Positions 39,188 through 48,123 of a stretch of 59,600 nt of DNA are shown piece after piece. Made by a program: the position numbers and the translations under genes. The notes under the pieces are model-generated. The model saw only the letters and a list, made by a program, of their open reading frames with translations, was not told the origin of the DNA and ran no database searches. Numbering within the stretch: position 1 is the first letter of the stretch; each line of letters starts with the position of its first letter. The stretch covers positions 1 through 59,600 of the forward strand of contig BJGO01000001.1 of assembly GCA_014190535.1 (NCBI GenBank), read 5' to 3'. Source of the stretch: Bacteroidota bacterium. Its GTDB lineage: Bacteria > Bacteroidota > Bacteroidia > Chitinophagales > UBA10324.

Positions 39188-39643
39188 ATGAAAAAAACAT
39201 TACTGGCATTTCTTTTAGTTGCCCTTTCTATTCCGTCAATGGCTCAGCAGGGCTATGAATACAAGGTTATCACTATCGTTGAATCTATCGTACCTATGGG
39301 TATTGGCAGATCGCGTATTGTCGAGAATAAAACCGAAATGGATGTTACTAAATTTACAACCTCCAGAACAGATGGTAAAGACAGCTCGCAGGGTGACGTT
39401 GATCGTTCCGATGCTAAAATCGGTATGTTCGACGAAACAAAACTTTTAAACTTTTACAGTGGCGTGGGTATCAACTTCCAGAACGTTGCTTCCAACGATG
39501 CGTTAATCACATCTAAAATCAATAACCTGGTAACTGATGGATGGGAGCTTGCCTTTGCACTTAGCGGCGTTGAGAGCGATGCAGGTAAAGAAGATGGAAA
39601 AGGTATTTACATAACCCGTTTAATTTTCAAGAAAAAGAAATAA
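39188..39643 (+). CDS. Exported hypothetical protein, DUF4177-like ends separated by a long insert
   Basis: Signal peptide ending SMAQ. YEYKVITI lies near the N-terminus, and LVTDGWELAF...ITRLIFKKKK near the C-terminus resembles the DUF4177 pattern. This call is tentative. Confidence 0.45.
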   Translation: MKKTLLAFLLVALSIPSMAQQGYEYKVITIVESIVPMGIGRSRIVENKTEMDVTKFTTSRTDGKDSSQGDVDRSDAKIGMFDETKLLNFYSGVGINFQNVASNDALITSKINNLVTDGWELAFALSGVESDAGKEDGKGIYITRLIFKKKK

Positions 39644-39667
39644 TTACCGTTTACGGTTTTATCACTA

Positions 39668-39700
39668 AACGCAACACCCCGGTGTTGCGTTTTTTATTTT
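39668..39700 (+). terminator. Rho-independent terminator
   Basis: ACGCAACAC pairs with GTGTTGCGT around a 4-nt loop and is followed by TTTTTATTTT. Confidence 0.75.
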
Positions 39701-39717
39701 AGGTAACCCGATTAGAA

Positions 39718-40323
39718 CTAAGCAAATTGCATAGCCAGCATTTGCGAGGCAAAACCTATAAAATAACCATTCCATATCTCACGTAGTGTATGAGCCTTCA
39801 GATAAAGCCTTGCTGTTCCGGTTAATCCGGCCAATAATAAGGTAATCATAAACATAAATCGCAAATCAAAGTAACTCTGCATCGTTAAAATCAGGGATAC
39901 GGCTGTAAAACAAGCCATGCCGGCCGCGTGAATGCTTACTTTGGAGAATATGTTCGTGAAAAAGGAGGCAAACAGGGTAAAACAAGAGCCGAGTAAAATA
40001 ATATTCAACAGTTGCGGTTCGTCTGACTTGCGGAATGTCATGAAGGACCAAATGTATAAGGTACCAACAACAATAAACGGAATAATGCGGTCTTCTTTTT
40101 CGGGCATTTCGAGATGCTTTACAAAACCAAGCCGCCACAACAGTAAAATGCTTATTGCCGGAAAAATAAACGTATTGATAAACACACGTAATACAAAGAT
40201 CCATTTGGCATTTTCGTAGGATGAAAAAAGAAACGGGTTGCTGTATATGGTTAAGATGAAGGCATAGGTTGGCAACAACAAGGGATGCAGGAGCAATGAG
40301 ATCGCTTTGGCAAGAATGCGCAT
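39718..40323 (-). CDS. Polytopic membrane protein, PAP2-like phosphatase motifs
   Basis: About six TM segments. SIH and TARLYLKAHTLRE resemble PAP2 motifs C2 and C3 (SxH; SRx5Hx3D/E), but motif C1 is not convincing. Confidence 0.45.
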   Translation of the reverse strand: MRILAKAISLLLHPLLLPTYAFILTIYSNPFLFSSYENAKWIFVLRVFINTFIFPAISILLLWRLGFVKHLEMPEKEDRIIPFIVVGTLYIWSFMTFRKSDEPQLLNIILLGSCFTLFASFFTNIFSKVSIHAAGMACFTAVSLILTMQSYFDLRFMFMITLLLAGLTGTARLYLKAHTLREIWNGYFIGFASQMLAMQFA

Positions 40324-40326
40324 CGA

Positions 40327-41877
40327 TTAAATTTCTTTTCGTAAACGGGCTACGGGAATATCTAACTGCTCCCGGTATTTTGCAACCGTACGTCGGGCAA
40401 TGTTGTAGCCTTTCTCATTCAATAATTTGGTTAGTTTCTGATCGCTCAGGGGCTTCTTCTTACTTTCTGATTCAATCAGGTCGGTGAGTATTTTCTTTAC
40501 TTCCCGTGTAGATACTTCATCGCCACTTTCCGTGCTGAGCGATTCGCTGAAAAATGATTTTAGTTTAAACGTGCCAAATTCGGTTTGTATGTATTTGCTA
40601 TTGGCAACACGCGATACCGTACTGATATCCATGCCAATAATGTCTGCAATATCTTTAAGAATCATCGGTCGCAATTTGGTGTCATCGCCCGTAATAAAAT
40701 ATTCGCGCTGATAGTTAACTATGGTATTCATGGTAAGAAGCAGGGTGTTTTGCCTTTGCCTGATGGCATCGATAAACCATTTGGCGGAATCTATTTTTTG
40801 TTTGATAAACATCACGGCCTCTTTCTGCTTTTTATCCTTTCCGGCATTGAGGCTATACTCCTTAAGCATTTCTTTGAAGTTACTGCTGATTCGTAAATCA
40901 GGAACGTTCATTCCGTTAAGAGTTACCTCCAGTTCTCCATCGGTGTTGCTCAGATAAAAGTCGGGTAACAAAAAATATTCAGCGGACGAACTGCTCTGAT
41001 ATGCCGAGCCGGGTTTGGGATTTAGTTTAAGTATGGTATCCATCACCATCTTAAAGGTATCGTCCTGTACCTCCAGTTGCTTCTGTAATTTTTCGTAATG
41101 CTTTTTTACAAATTCATCGAAGTAATTTTCAATAACCACAACAGCAATCTTATTAATCACCGGATGCTCCTTAATGCGCTGTATCTGGAGGAGCAGGCAT
41201 TCTTTCAAGTCGCGGGCGCCTACTCCGGCGGGCTCCAGGTGTTGTATTCGTTTAAGAAGTAGTTGTAATTCCGTTTCGCTGGTTGTCAGATTCAGGCTAA
41301 ATGCAATATCATCGACCATAGCGTCCAGGGTACGACGCAGATAACCGTCTGCGTCAATACTGCCAACGATATACTGTGCAAGTTGCATAAGCCGGTCATC
41401 CAAATCAAGCAGAAGTAACTGCTCCTCAAGAAACTCATGAAAGCTCCGTGATACAGCAACCGGGGTTGTTCTTGTGGTTTCATGATCCGGATCGCGTTCA
41501 GCACTTAGTTTGTAGTCGGCTACATCATCATCATCGCCCATGTAATCGCTCAGGTCGTTGGCAAGGTCCGAGCCGATATCATCCTGGTCGGGTTCTGTAT
41601 CAAATTGGTCAACATCATCGCCCTCTGCGGTAATGGTATTGTCGCTCTCATTCAAGTCTTTTGCAGTATCGTCGGGCGTTGTTGTGGGGCCTATATCCGA
41701 AATCGACGTTGGATCATCCTCCTCATTTAAACCCTCTTCCAGTGCGGGATTGGATTCAATTTCTTCCTTAATGCGCTCCTCGAGATTAGCCGTAGGTATC
41801 TGAAGCAGCTTCATAAATTGTATTTGCTGCGGGGATAGTTTTTGCAGTTGTTTTAAGTACTGTCCTTGTTTTAACAT
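40327..41877 (-). CDS. rpoN: RNA polymerase sigma-54 factor
   Basis: Region I QLQKLSPQQIQFMKLLQ, a long acidic region II, and the RpoN box ARRTVAKYRE. The ATG at 41877 is preferred over the ORF-track start at 41961. Confidence 0.93.
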   Translation of the reverse strand: MLKQGQYLKQLQKLSPQQIQFMKLLQIPTANLEERIKEEIESNPALEEGLNEEDDPTSISDIGPTTTPDDTAKDLNESDNTITAEGDDVDQFDTEPDQDDIGSDLANDLSDYMGDDDDVADYKLSAERDPDHETTRTTPVAVSRSFHEFLEEQLLLLDLDDRLMQLAQYIVGSIDADGYLRRTLDAMVDDIAFSLNLTTSETELQLLLKRIQHLEPAGVGARDLKECLLLQIQRIKEHPVINKIAVVVIENYFDEFVKKHYEKLQKQLEVQDDTFKMVMDTILKLNPKPGSAYQSSSSAEYFLLPDFYLSNTDGELEVTLNGMNVPDLRISSNFKEMLKEYSLNAGKDKKQKEAVMFIKQKIDSAKWFIDAIRQRQNTLLLTMNTIVNYQREYFITGDDTKLRPMILKDIADIIGMDISTVSRVANSKYIQTEFGTFKLKSFFSESLSTESGDEVSTREVKKILTDLIESESKKKPLSDQKLTKLLNEKGYNIARRTVAKYREQLDIPVARLRKEI

Positions 41878-41913
41878 ACCTGATTTTCTGTTTGCAATAT
41901 ACAGTCTGTGTGC

Positions 41914-41921
41914 CAAATTTA
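41914..41921 (-). promoter_or_regulatory. Candidate -7 box (TAAATTTG) for rpoN
   Basis: Exact TAnnTTTG match on the minus strand, ~37 nt upstream of the rpoN ATG. No well-spaced -33 TTG was seen. Confidence 0.3.
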
Positions 41922-41984
41922 TTGCTGCTTCTCCGGGGAACGAGTTGCTCAAAAGAATCACTAATTTCGCGGTTCATTTTTACT

Positions 41985-43508
41985 ATGATGAAAAGTATTT
42001 TAATTAAAGATTTACAGGCATACACGGGGCAGATTGTCCGAATGCAGGGTTGGGTGTCTAACAAACGATCCGGCAAAGGCCTTTTTTTTATTGTAATGCG
42101 CGATGGAAGCGGTTTTTGTCAATGTGTTGTTGATGAAACCAAGGTGTCGGCCGATGACTTTGAACAAGCTCGTCGTCTGAATATGGAGAGCTCGTTCATT
42201 ATTGAAGGCACTGTGGTAAGAGATGAAAAACAAATGGGTGGGTATGAATTGCAGGCTACATCGTTGCAAGTTGTGAGCCTGGCAGAAGAATTTCCGATTT
42301 CCAAGAAAGAGCATGGCGTTGATTTTTTGATGGATAACCGTCATCTGTGGTTGCGTAGTCGTCGTCAGTGGGCTATCATGAAAATACGTAACCGCATCAT
42401 ATTTTCGATACATAGTTTTTTTCAGGAACAGGACTTTGTTGAAATGGACGCTCCTTTGTTTACCGGTAATGCTTGCGAAGGCACCAGTACATTATTTGAA
42501 ACCGATTTTTATGGTGAGCCGGCTTATCTGTCGCAATCCGGTCAGTTATATGGTGAAGCCATGGCGATGGCCATGGGTAAAATTTACACGTTTGGTCCAA
42601 CGTTCAGAGCCGAGAAATCAAAAACACGTCGCCACTTATCTGAATTCTGGATGATCGAGCCCGAGATGGCTTTTTATGATCTGGATATGAATATGGATCT
42701 GATTGAAGCCATGTTGCGTTATGTTGTAAAAGATGTACTGCAACACTGTGAGGCCGAGCTACTGATTATTGAGCGCGATACAACCGTTTTAAAGAATATA
42801 ATACAACCATTTCCTCGTATCACCTATGAGCGTGCTGTTCGTATGATTAAAGGGGAAGAAGCCGTTAATGGTAAATTCTCCATTCAAACACTGGAGCAGG
42901 ATCTTAAAGAGGTGCAGGACCAAATAAAAGCCATGCAAAACGAGATTGCCGACCGTGAGGCTAAAATTGCCGGGGGCACTTTAAAGAAAGGAGAAGTTAG
43001 CTTCAATCAGGCAAAGGTTGATACCCTAAAGAGTGAGCTTAAGGACCTGGAAGAGCAGGCACGCAATATTCCACAGTGGATTAACAGCGCTAAAAATTTT
43101 GAATTCGGAAACGATTTTGGCGGAAGCGACGAGACGGTGCTCACCAGACTATTCGATACTCCAATTATGGTATACAACTGGCCACATGAGGTAAAGGCCT
43201 TTTATCTCAAACGCGATAATGATCCTCGCTGGGCCAAAGGAGTAGACGTGCTCGCGCCGGAAGGATATGGCGAAATCGTTGGTGGCGGCGAGCGCGAAAC
43301 AGATATAAATCTGCTGAAAGAAAAAATTACCGAGCATCAGTTGCCGATGCAGGCGTTTGAATGGTATCTCGATTTGCGCCGATACGGCTCTGTGCCGCAC
43401 GCCGGCTTCGGGCTTGGGCTCGAACGACTTGTTGCCTGGATTTGTAAGCTACCTCATGTTCGTGAAACGATTCCATTTCCCCGTATGTATGGCAGATTGT
43501 TGCCATAG
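41985..43508 (+). CDS. asnS: Asparagine--tRNA ligase with an extra coiled-coil insertion
   Basis: Class II motifs FRAEKSKTRRHLSEFWMIEPE and GFGLGLERL, with an OB-fold N-terminus. The ATG at 41985 is preferred, because the ORF-track extension is not aaRS-like. Confidence 0.92.
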   Translation: MMKSILIKDLQAYTGQIVRMQGWVSNKRSGKGLFFIVMRDGSGFCQCVVDETKVSADDFEQARRLNMESSFIIEGTVVRDEKQMGGYELQATSLQVVSLAEEFPISKKEHGVDFLMDNRHLWLRSRRQWAIMKIRNRIIFSIHSFFQEQDFVEMDAPLFTGNACEGTSTLFETDFYGEPAYLSQSGQLYGEAMAMAMGKIYTFGPTFRAEKSKTRRHLSEFWMIEPEMAFYDLDMNMDLIEAMLRYVVKDVLQHCEAELLIIERDTTVLKNIIQPFPRITYERAVRMIKGEEAVNGKFSIQTLEQDLKEVQDQIKAMQNEIADREAKIAGGTLKKGEVSFNQAKVDTLKSELKDLEEQARNIPQWINSAKNFEFGNDFGGSDETVLTRLFDTPIMVYNWPHEVKAFYLKRDNDPRWAKGVDVLAPEGYGEIVGGGERETDINLLKEKITEHQLPMQAFEWYLDLRRYGSVPHAGFGLGLERLVAWICKLPHVRETIPFPRMYGRLLP

Positions 43509-43522
43509 CAGGTCATTCATAA

Positions 43523-43560
43523 AATAACAAGTGCCTGCCCCATGGCAAGCACTTGTTATT
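43523..43560. terminator. Long hairpin between convergent asnS and the DUF4920 gene (bidirectional terminator candidate)
   Basis: AATAACAAGTGC-TGCC pairs with GGCA-GCACTTGTTATT: 16 bp with one internal C/A mismatch and a 4-nt loop. Confidence 0.65.
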
Positions 43561-43578
43561 AATCAGTATGATGAATGA

Positions 43579-44091
43579 TTATTTCAACACAAAACCACCT
43601 GTTGCTTCATAACGAAGGCGTTTACGCGGTTCCTTTATCGCATCAATTTCTTCTTTAGACTTTTTGGCATCTTCTGCATAGTGCTTGAGCTCCTCCACGG
43701 ATATAATCTCATAGTATGCAGAGCCACTGAGTATAACCGTTTTTCCCGCAATATCTCTTGGGAGGAAGAACGCATACCCCTTAAACTTTACAAACAGGTC
43801 GAGACCATCTTCAGTTTGCACATTTAACCAACAGCCCTTGGTTTGGCATACTGACTGGCAGGTGCCTTTTATCATTACCGAATAATATTCGTTTTTTGAC
43901 AAGCCATCTTCGATTTGCTGTTTATTTTCAAAAGATGCCGGAATGGTAAACGACGCACCATACGATCCGTCTTTATTCTGCTTGGCGTATTCTTTGTCTT
44001 TAGATGTATAATAATTCTTACTGCTTTTTTGGGCTATGGCACACTGAGTAATAGCAATAAGAACAAGTAGGATTGATGTAATTTGTTTCAT
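43579..44091 (-). CDS. Exported DUF4920-like protein with a Cys cluster
   Basis: Signal peptide and the motif GTCQSVCQTKGCW, as I recall it for DUF4920. Confidence 0.55.
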   Translation of the reverse strand: MKQITSILLVLIAITQCAIAQKSSKNYYTSKDKEYAKQNKDGSYGASFTIPASFENKQQIEDGLSKNEYYSVMIKGTCQSVCQTKGCWLNVQTEDGLDLFVKFKGYAFFLPRDIAGKTVILSGSAYYEIISVEELKHYAEDAKKSKEEIDAIKEPRKRLRYEATGGFVLK

Positions 44092-44152
44092 AGTGGTGAA
44101 TAATTAACGGTTACAAAAATAGATGAATACTTATCAATTCAATAATTGATTC

Positions 44153-44875
44153 TTACAAACTCATCAACTCCTTAAACCTGACAGCCTGACGAGTACTTAC
44201 TTCTACCGAATGGCCGGAATGAAGGGTAACGTGTAGGCCTCCTTTGAAATAGCTCTCTATATTCTGGATATAATTGAGGTTAATCATTTGTTGTCGGTTC
44301 ACTCTGAAGAACATATCCTGAGGTAGTTTTTCTTCAAGGAGATTTAGGGATTTATGTAGAAGCGGTTTTTTAGTGTCAAAGTATATCTTAACATAATTAC
44401 CGGCACTTTCTAACAGAAATATATCTGCAATTTTAACGAAATAGCATTTCTCGCCGTCCTTGATAAATACCTGAGAGTTACCGGTTAAATGGTTACTGCC
44501 GGATGGCGCACTGCGCTCTTCGATTTCTTTAACAGCTTTTTCAATGGCCTGTTGTAATCGTTCCTGCTTAACCGGTTTCAGAATATAATCAAGTGCATTA
44601 GCTTCAAAGGCCTTAATGGCATATTGGTCGTAAGCGGTAACGAAAATGACTTCAGGAGTCTGCGTCAACTCTTCGAGAAACTCAAAACCATTTTTTTCAG
44701 GCATGGAAATGTCAAGAAACAGCAAATCCGGTTTTAAGGCTTCCATTAATTCCAGTGCCTCGTCGGCATTAGCCGCCTCTCCGACAATTTGAATTTGCGA
44801 GAAGTCATTCAGCATATAGCGCAGTTCATTGCGCGCCAAGGTTTCATCGTCAATCAATAAGGTTTTAATTTTCAT
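44153..44875 (-). CDS. LytTR-family two-component response regulator
   Basis: REC domain (LIDDE, DLLFLDISMP) plus a C-terminal LytTR DNA-binding domain. Confidence 0.9.
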   Translation of the reverse strand: MKIKTLLIDDETLARNELRYMLNDFSQIQIVGEAANADEALELMEALKPDLLFLDISMPEKNGFEFLEELTQTPEVIFVTAYDQYAIKAFEANALDYILKPVKQERLQQAIEKAVKEIEERSAPSGSNHLTGNSQVFIKDGEKCYFVKIADIFLLESAGNYVKIYFDTKKPLLHKSLNLLEEKLPQDMFFRVNRQQMINLNYIQNIESYFKGGLHVTLHSGHSVEVSTRQAVRFKELMSL

Positions 44876-45951
44876 GTCGTTAAAGGGATTTTTATGATTG
44901 CAGTTACGTGATTCGCATCGAGTTGCCTGATTTCGAATTGTGCTTTACCATTATATAACATTGTTAATCGTTGACGGGTATTGTTTAACCCGATACCGTT
45001 ATGTTCAGTTTGGTTTAATTGCGAGAAGGTGCCGCTGTTGTTTAAATGTATTTCGAGATTATGTTCGTGTATGTAAGCCTGTAAGGTAATATCGCCTCCA
45101 TTTTTTAGTTGGCCTATACCATGTTTAATAGCATTTTCTGCGAGAGTCATCACGATGAGGGGTGGAATTTGAATATCGCCGCACTCGCCGCCCATCTGCA
45201 TAGAATAATTCAGCCGTTGATCAAAACGTATTTTTTCAAGCTCCAGATAATTTCGGACAACAGCCAATTCATCTTTGAGGTTAACAAAACTCTGTCGTTC
45301 TGAATTGAGGGTATAACGCAGTATTTCGCTTAGCAGAGTTACCGCCTCTCGAGCCTTACCGGTATCACTGAGCGTTAGCGAACGAATACTGTTTAGGGCA
45401 TTAAATAAAAAATGAGGGTTGATCTGATTCCTGAGATTTAATAGCGTAGCATCTTTCAATTGCGACTGGGCGAGCACCTGACCATATTTTGCTTTCTGAA
45501 AACTTTCGAAATATTGAAAGACAAAATAGAGCAATGACCACAACAGGAAAACGCAATAAACATTAATGGTACTCAGATAAATATAAGCGCCATAAGTATC
45601 AAACGAAATAGTAGGGGCTTTTATATCGAGATTAAAAACAAAGAATGCGCATACAAATAAACATGCGTCCATTAACGTTAGCGCAATAAAATAAAATACA
45701 GAGGCCAGTAGCGAACCAACGAGCACATTGCGGATCAGATTGATGATATTTAACTGAAACCAGCGATACTCTCTGATGACTCTTCGGTAAAAATGAGTTA
45801 CCCCAATGCCGATAACACCACTGAGCAGAAAGTATAATTCAGAATAGGGAAGTGAAATATCAAATAAGGGCAAAGACAGATAATTAACGAGCGTGTATAA
45901 TGCCCATCCGCCAATCTGTAAAAGCCAGTATAGTTGTTTTTTGTTTGTCAA
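44872..45951 (-). CDS. LytS-type sensor histidine kinase (membrane-embedded sensor)
   Basis: An N-terminal multi-TM region, the H-box region NPHFLFNALNSI and an ATPase G-box GIGLNNTRQRL. It overlaps the regulator gene by 4 nt. Confidence 0.88.
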   Translation of the reverse strand: MTNKKQLYWLLQIGGWALYTLVNYLSLPLFDISLPYSELYFLLSGVIGIGVTHFYRRVIREYRWFQLNIINLIRNVLVGSLLASVFYFIALTLMDACLFVCAFFVFNLDIKAPTISFDTYGAYIYLSTINVYCVFLLWSLLYFVFQYFESFQKAKYGQVLAQSQLKDATLLNLRNQINPHFLFNALNSIRSLTLSDTGKAREAVTLLSEILRYTLNSERQSFVNLKDELAVVRNYLELEKIRFDQRLNYSMQMGGECGDIQIPPLIVMTLAENAIKHGIGQLKNGGDITLQAYIHEHNLEIHLNNSGTFSQLNQTEHNGIGLNNTRQRLTMLYNGKAQFEIRQLDANHVTAIIKIPLTT

Positions 45952-45954
45952 TGG

Positions 45955-46854
45955 TTAAAAATAATATGGAGTTACGGTGTACCCTTTTTGGCGGAGCAGA
46001 TTAACCAGTCCGCGTTCGCCGGCGAGGTGCAGGGCGCCAACTGCAATGAAAGAGGGAGCGCGCATCATTAATGTAGGTAGTTGCTCAACCCATTTTTGAT
46101 TTCGGTCATAAAGCAGTACGTTAATCTCATTCTCCTTATAGGTTTCGTCGTACATCAATTTCTCCAGGTCATCCAGTTGTTGCTTGCGATACAGTCGTGT
46201 CATCTCACCCAGTTCGCGAATGCTTTTATTTTTATCTGATACAAATTCGGTTAATAATTCTGTTTGACGATCAATAGAGAATTGCGAGAATAAGGCCTGA
46301 ATTTGATCATCGATGCGTTCCAGACCAATCACTTCTTTGTATTCCTTGGCTCCGCGCTTCTGAAAATAGTCATCCATAAGCATCGAGCCGGATGTGTCGG
46401 AATAATATGTTGACTGAATCATCTGTAAAAGGCTGATCTGGATAAACATCGGATTGATGGTATTAAATAATGTAAGATCATAGCCACTGAGTTCTTTGAG
46501 CCAGTCATTCGTTTTTTGATATACTTGTTCCGGCAAGATATCTTTTAAGTTTTTTTCTTTGAGCAGTGCTGCGGATAACATTTTTGGTGCGGCATTACTG
46601 TCCAGCACGATTTCACCGACTACCTGAGTGCAGGTGTTAAATCGATCCATAACCAGCGGCAAGCTGTCTACATAACGTTGTGTTAACAGGTGCATCGTGC
46701 CAAACATCCAGGACGATTTACGTAGTCCATTGCCACTGATTTCATAAAAAACAGATTTTTCAGTTTTGTACGTAGTTTGTTGTGCTGATGCGCCGGATTG
46801 CTGAAAAAAACAAAAGAGCAGTAAGAAAAATAAGCTTCTGTGTAAGGAAATCAT
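45955..46854 (-). CDS. Exported TraB/GumN-family protein
   Basis: Signal peptide after the ATG at 46854. GTMHLL near the N-terminus and VGALHLAGERGL near the C-terminus are typical of TraB/GumN. Confidence 0.75.
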   Translation of the reverse strand: MISLHRSLFFLLLFCFFQQSGASAQQTTYKTEKSVFYEISGNGLRKSSWMFGTMHLLTQRYVDSLPLVMDRFNTCTQVVGEIVLDSNAAPKMLSAALLKEKNLKDILPEQVYQKTNDWLKELSGYDLTLFNTINPMFIQISLLQMIQSTYYSDTSGSMLMDDYFQKRGAKEYKEVIGLERIDDQIQALFSQFSIDRQTELLTEFVSDKNKSIRELGEMTRLYRKQQLDDLEKLMYDETYKENEINVLLYDRNQKWVEQLPTLMMRAPSFIAVGALHLAGERGLVNLLRQKGYTVTPYYF

Positions 46855-46936
46855 CTTGTTATTAATTAATAACAGCAAAAATATACCGTAGCGTGCAGGG
46901 TCGTTTTATTATTACATTAATGAGGAATGAAAAGGA

Positions 46937-47845
46937 TTAACGATAATAGCGGCGCACCCATCTGTAAAGATTAAAGTTGCCGGATACTAATTCTGTTTCA
47001 ATATCACCTAGCATCTGCTTTTGATCGATATCTTGGAGTCTTTGTTTTTGAATCAGGCGTAATGATTTTTCTAAGAGCAGGTGTGCCCGTTTATCATGCC
47101 GATGCAATGTGGCGTTGTGTTTGTTAATTGCTGAAATTACGTCGTCTATACCTATGTGCTGAATAGCTATTGTCTTAAGAACAGGCACCGTTTCGGACTC
47201 CTTATGGGATGCCGTGAGCATACGCAGATTTTTTACCAGAGCATCGGCACCATCACGGTCTGATTTGTTTACGATAAAGATATCAGCAATTTCCATCACG
47301 CCTGCTTTCATGGTTTGTATATCATCGCCTGCCTCAGGAACTAACACAACAATTGTTGTATCGGCAAGGCCGGCAATTTCAACTTCTGATTGCCCAACGC
47401 CAACCGTTTCTACTAAGATTAGATCAAATGGAAAACAGCGCATCACATCGGTAACCTCAATAATTTTATCCGACAAACCACCAAGCGAGCCACGCGAGGC
47501 CAGTGATCGAATGTAGACATTGGGGTGATTAAAATATTCGGTTAAGCGAATACGATCGCCAAGGATAGCTCCGTAATTAAAGGGTGAAGAGGGATCGACT
47601 GAAATTACGCCGATGCGCTTATGCATTTTGAGGTATGCAGAAAGCAAGGCGTTGATGATAGAACTCTTACCTGCGCCGGGAGGTCCGGTAATGCCAACGA
47701 GAGGGATTTGATGATGTACGGTTAGTTCAGATAAAATAAATTCAGCATCCGGATGTTCGTTTTCAACTAATGATATCACCCGTGCCAGCGACTTATAATC
47801 ACCGGAAGTTAATGAATTCAGTAAGGCTGAAATATGGGGTATCAT
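46937..47845 (-). CDS. meaB: MeaB/ArgK-type G3E-family GTPase
   Basis: Walker A GITGPPGAGKSS, ETVGVGQSE, and the NKxD motif NKSD. Confidence 0.85.
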   Translation of the reverse strand: MIPHISALLNSLTSGDYKSLARVISLVENEHPDAEFILSELTVHHQIPLVGITGPPGAGKSSIINALLSAYLKMHKRIGVISVDPSSPFNYGAILGDRIRLTEYFNHPNVYIRSLASRGSLGGLSDKIIEVTDVMRCFPFDLILVETVGVGQSEVEIAGLADTTIVVLVPEAGDDIQTMKAGVMEIADIFIVNKSDRDGADALVKNLRMLTASHKESETVPVLKTIAIQHIGIDDVISAINKHNATLHRHDKRAHLLLEKSLRLIQKQRLQDIDQKQMLGDIETELVSGNFNLYRWVRRYYR

Positions 47846-47847
47846 AG

Positions 47848-48111
47848 TTATATGCCGTCCTGCAAACGGGAGAGCTGGGTCCGGATCGATGCCTTGAGCT
47901 CACTCGTACAACACTTCTTTTCAATCTTATTGGTTAGAAAAAGTTTAAATTCTTTTTCAATATGATATTTTTCCAGACAATGCGAACAGATGTTAAGGTC
48001 GCTGATAAATTGCAACTCATCATCGCGGGTAAGCTCGCCGTCCAGAGCCAAGATCACCCGTTGCAGTGTTTGCTTGCAGTTGTGTTGATGGTTGTCGCTA
48101 TTACAATTCAT
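47848..48111 (-). CDS. Small soluble zinc-finger anti-sigma factor (ZAS-like, no TM segment)
   Basis: 87 aa with 7 Cys. CSHC sits in the position of the ZAS Cx2C, and the LDGEL segment is typical of zf-HC2 anti-sigmas. It lies 12 nt downstream of the ECF sigma gene. Confidence 0.65.
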   Translation of the reverse strand: MNCNSDNHQHNCKQTLQRVILALDGELTRDDELQFISDLNICSHCLEKYHIEKEFKLFLTNKIEKKCCTSELKASIRTQLSRLQDGI

Positions 48112-48123
48112 AGAAGTGACGTG

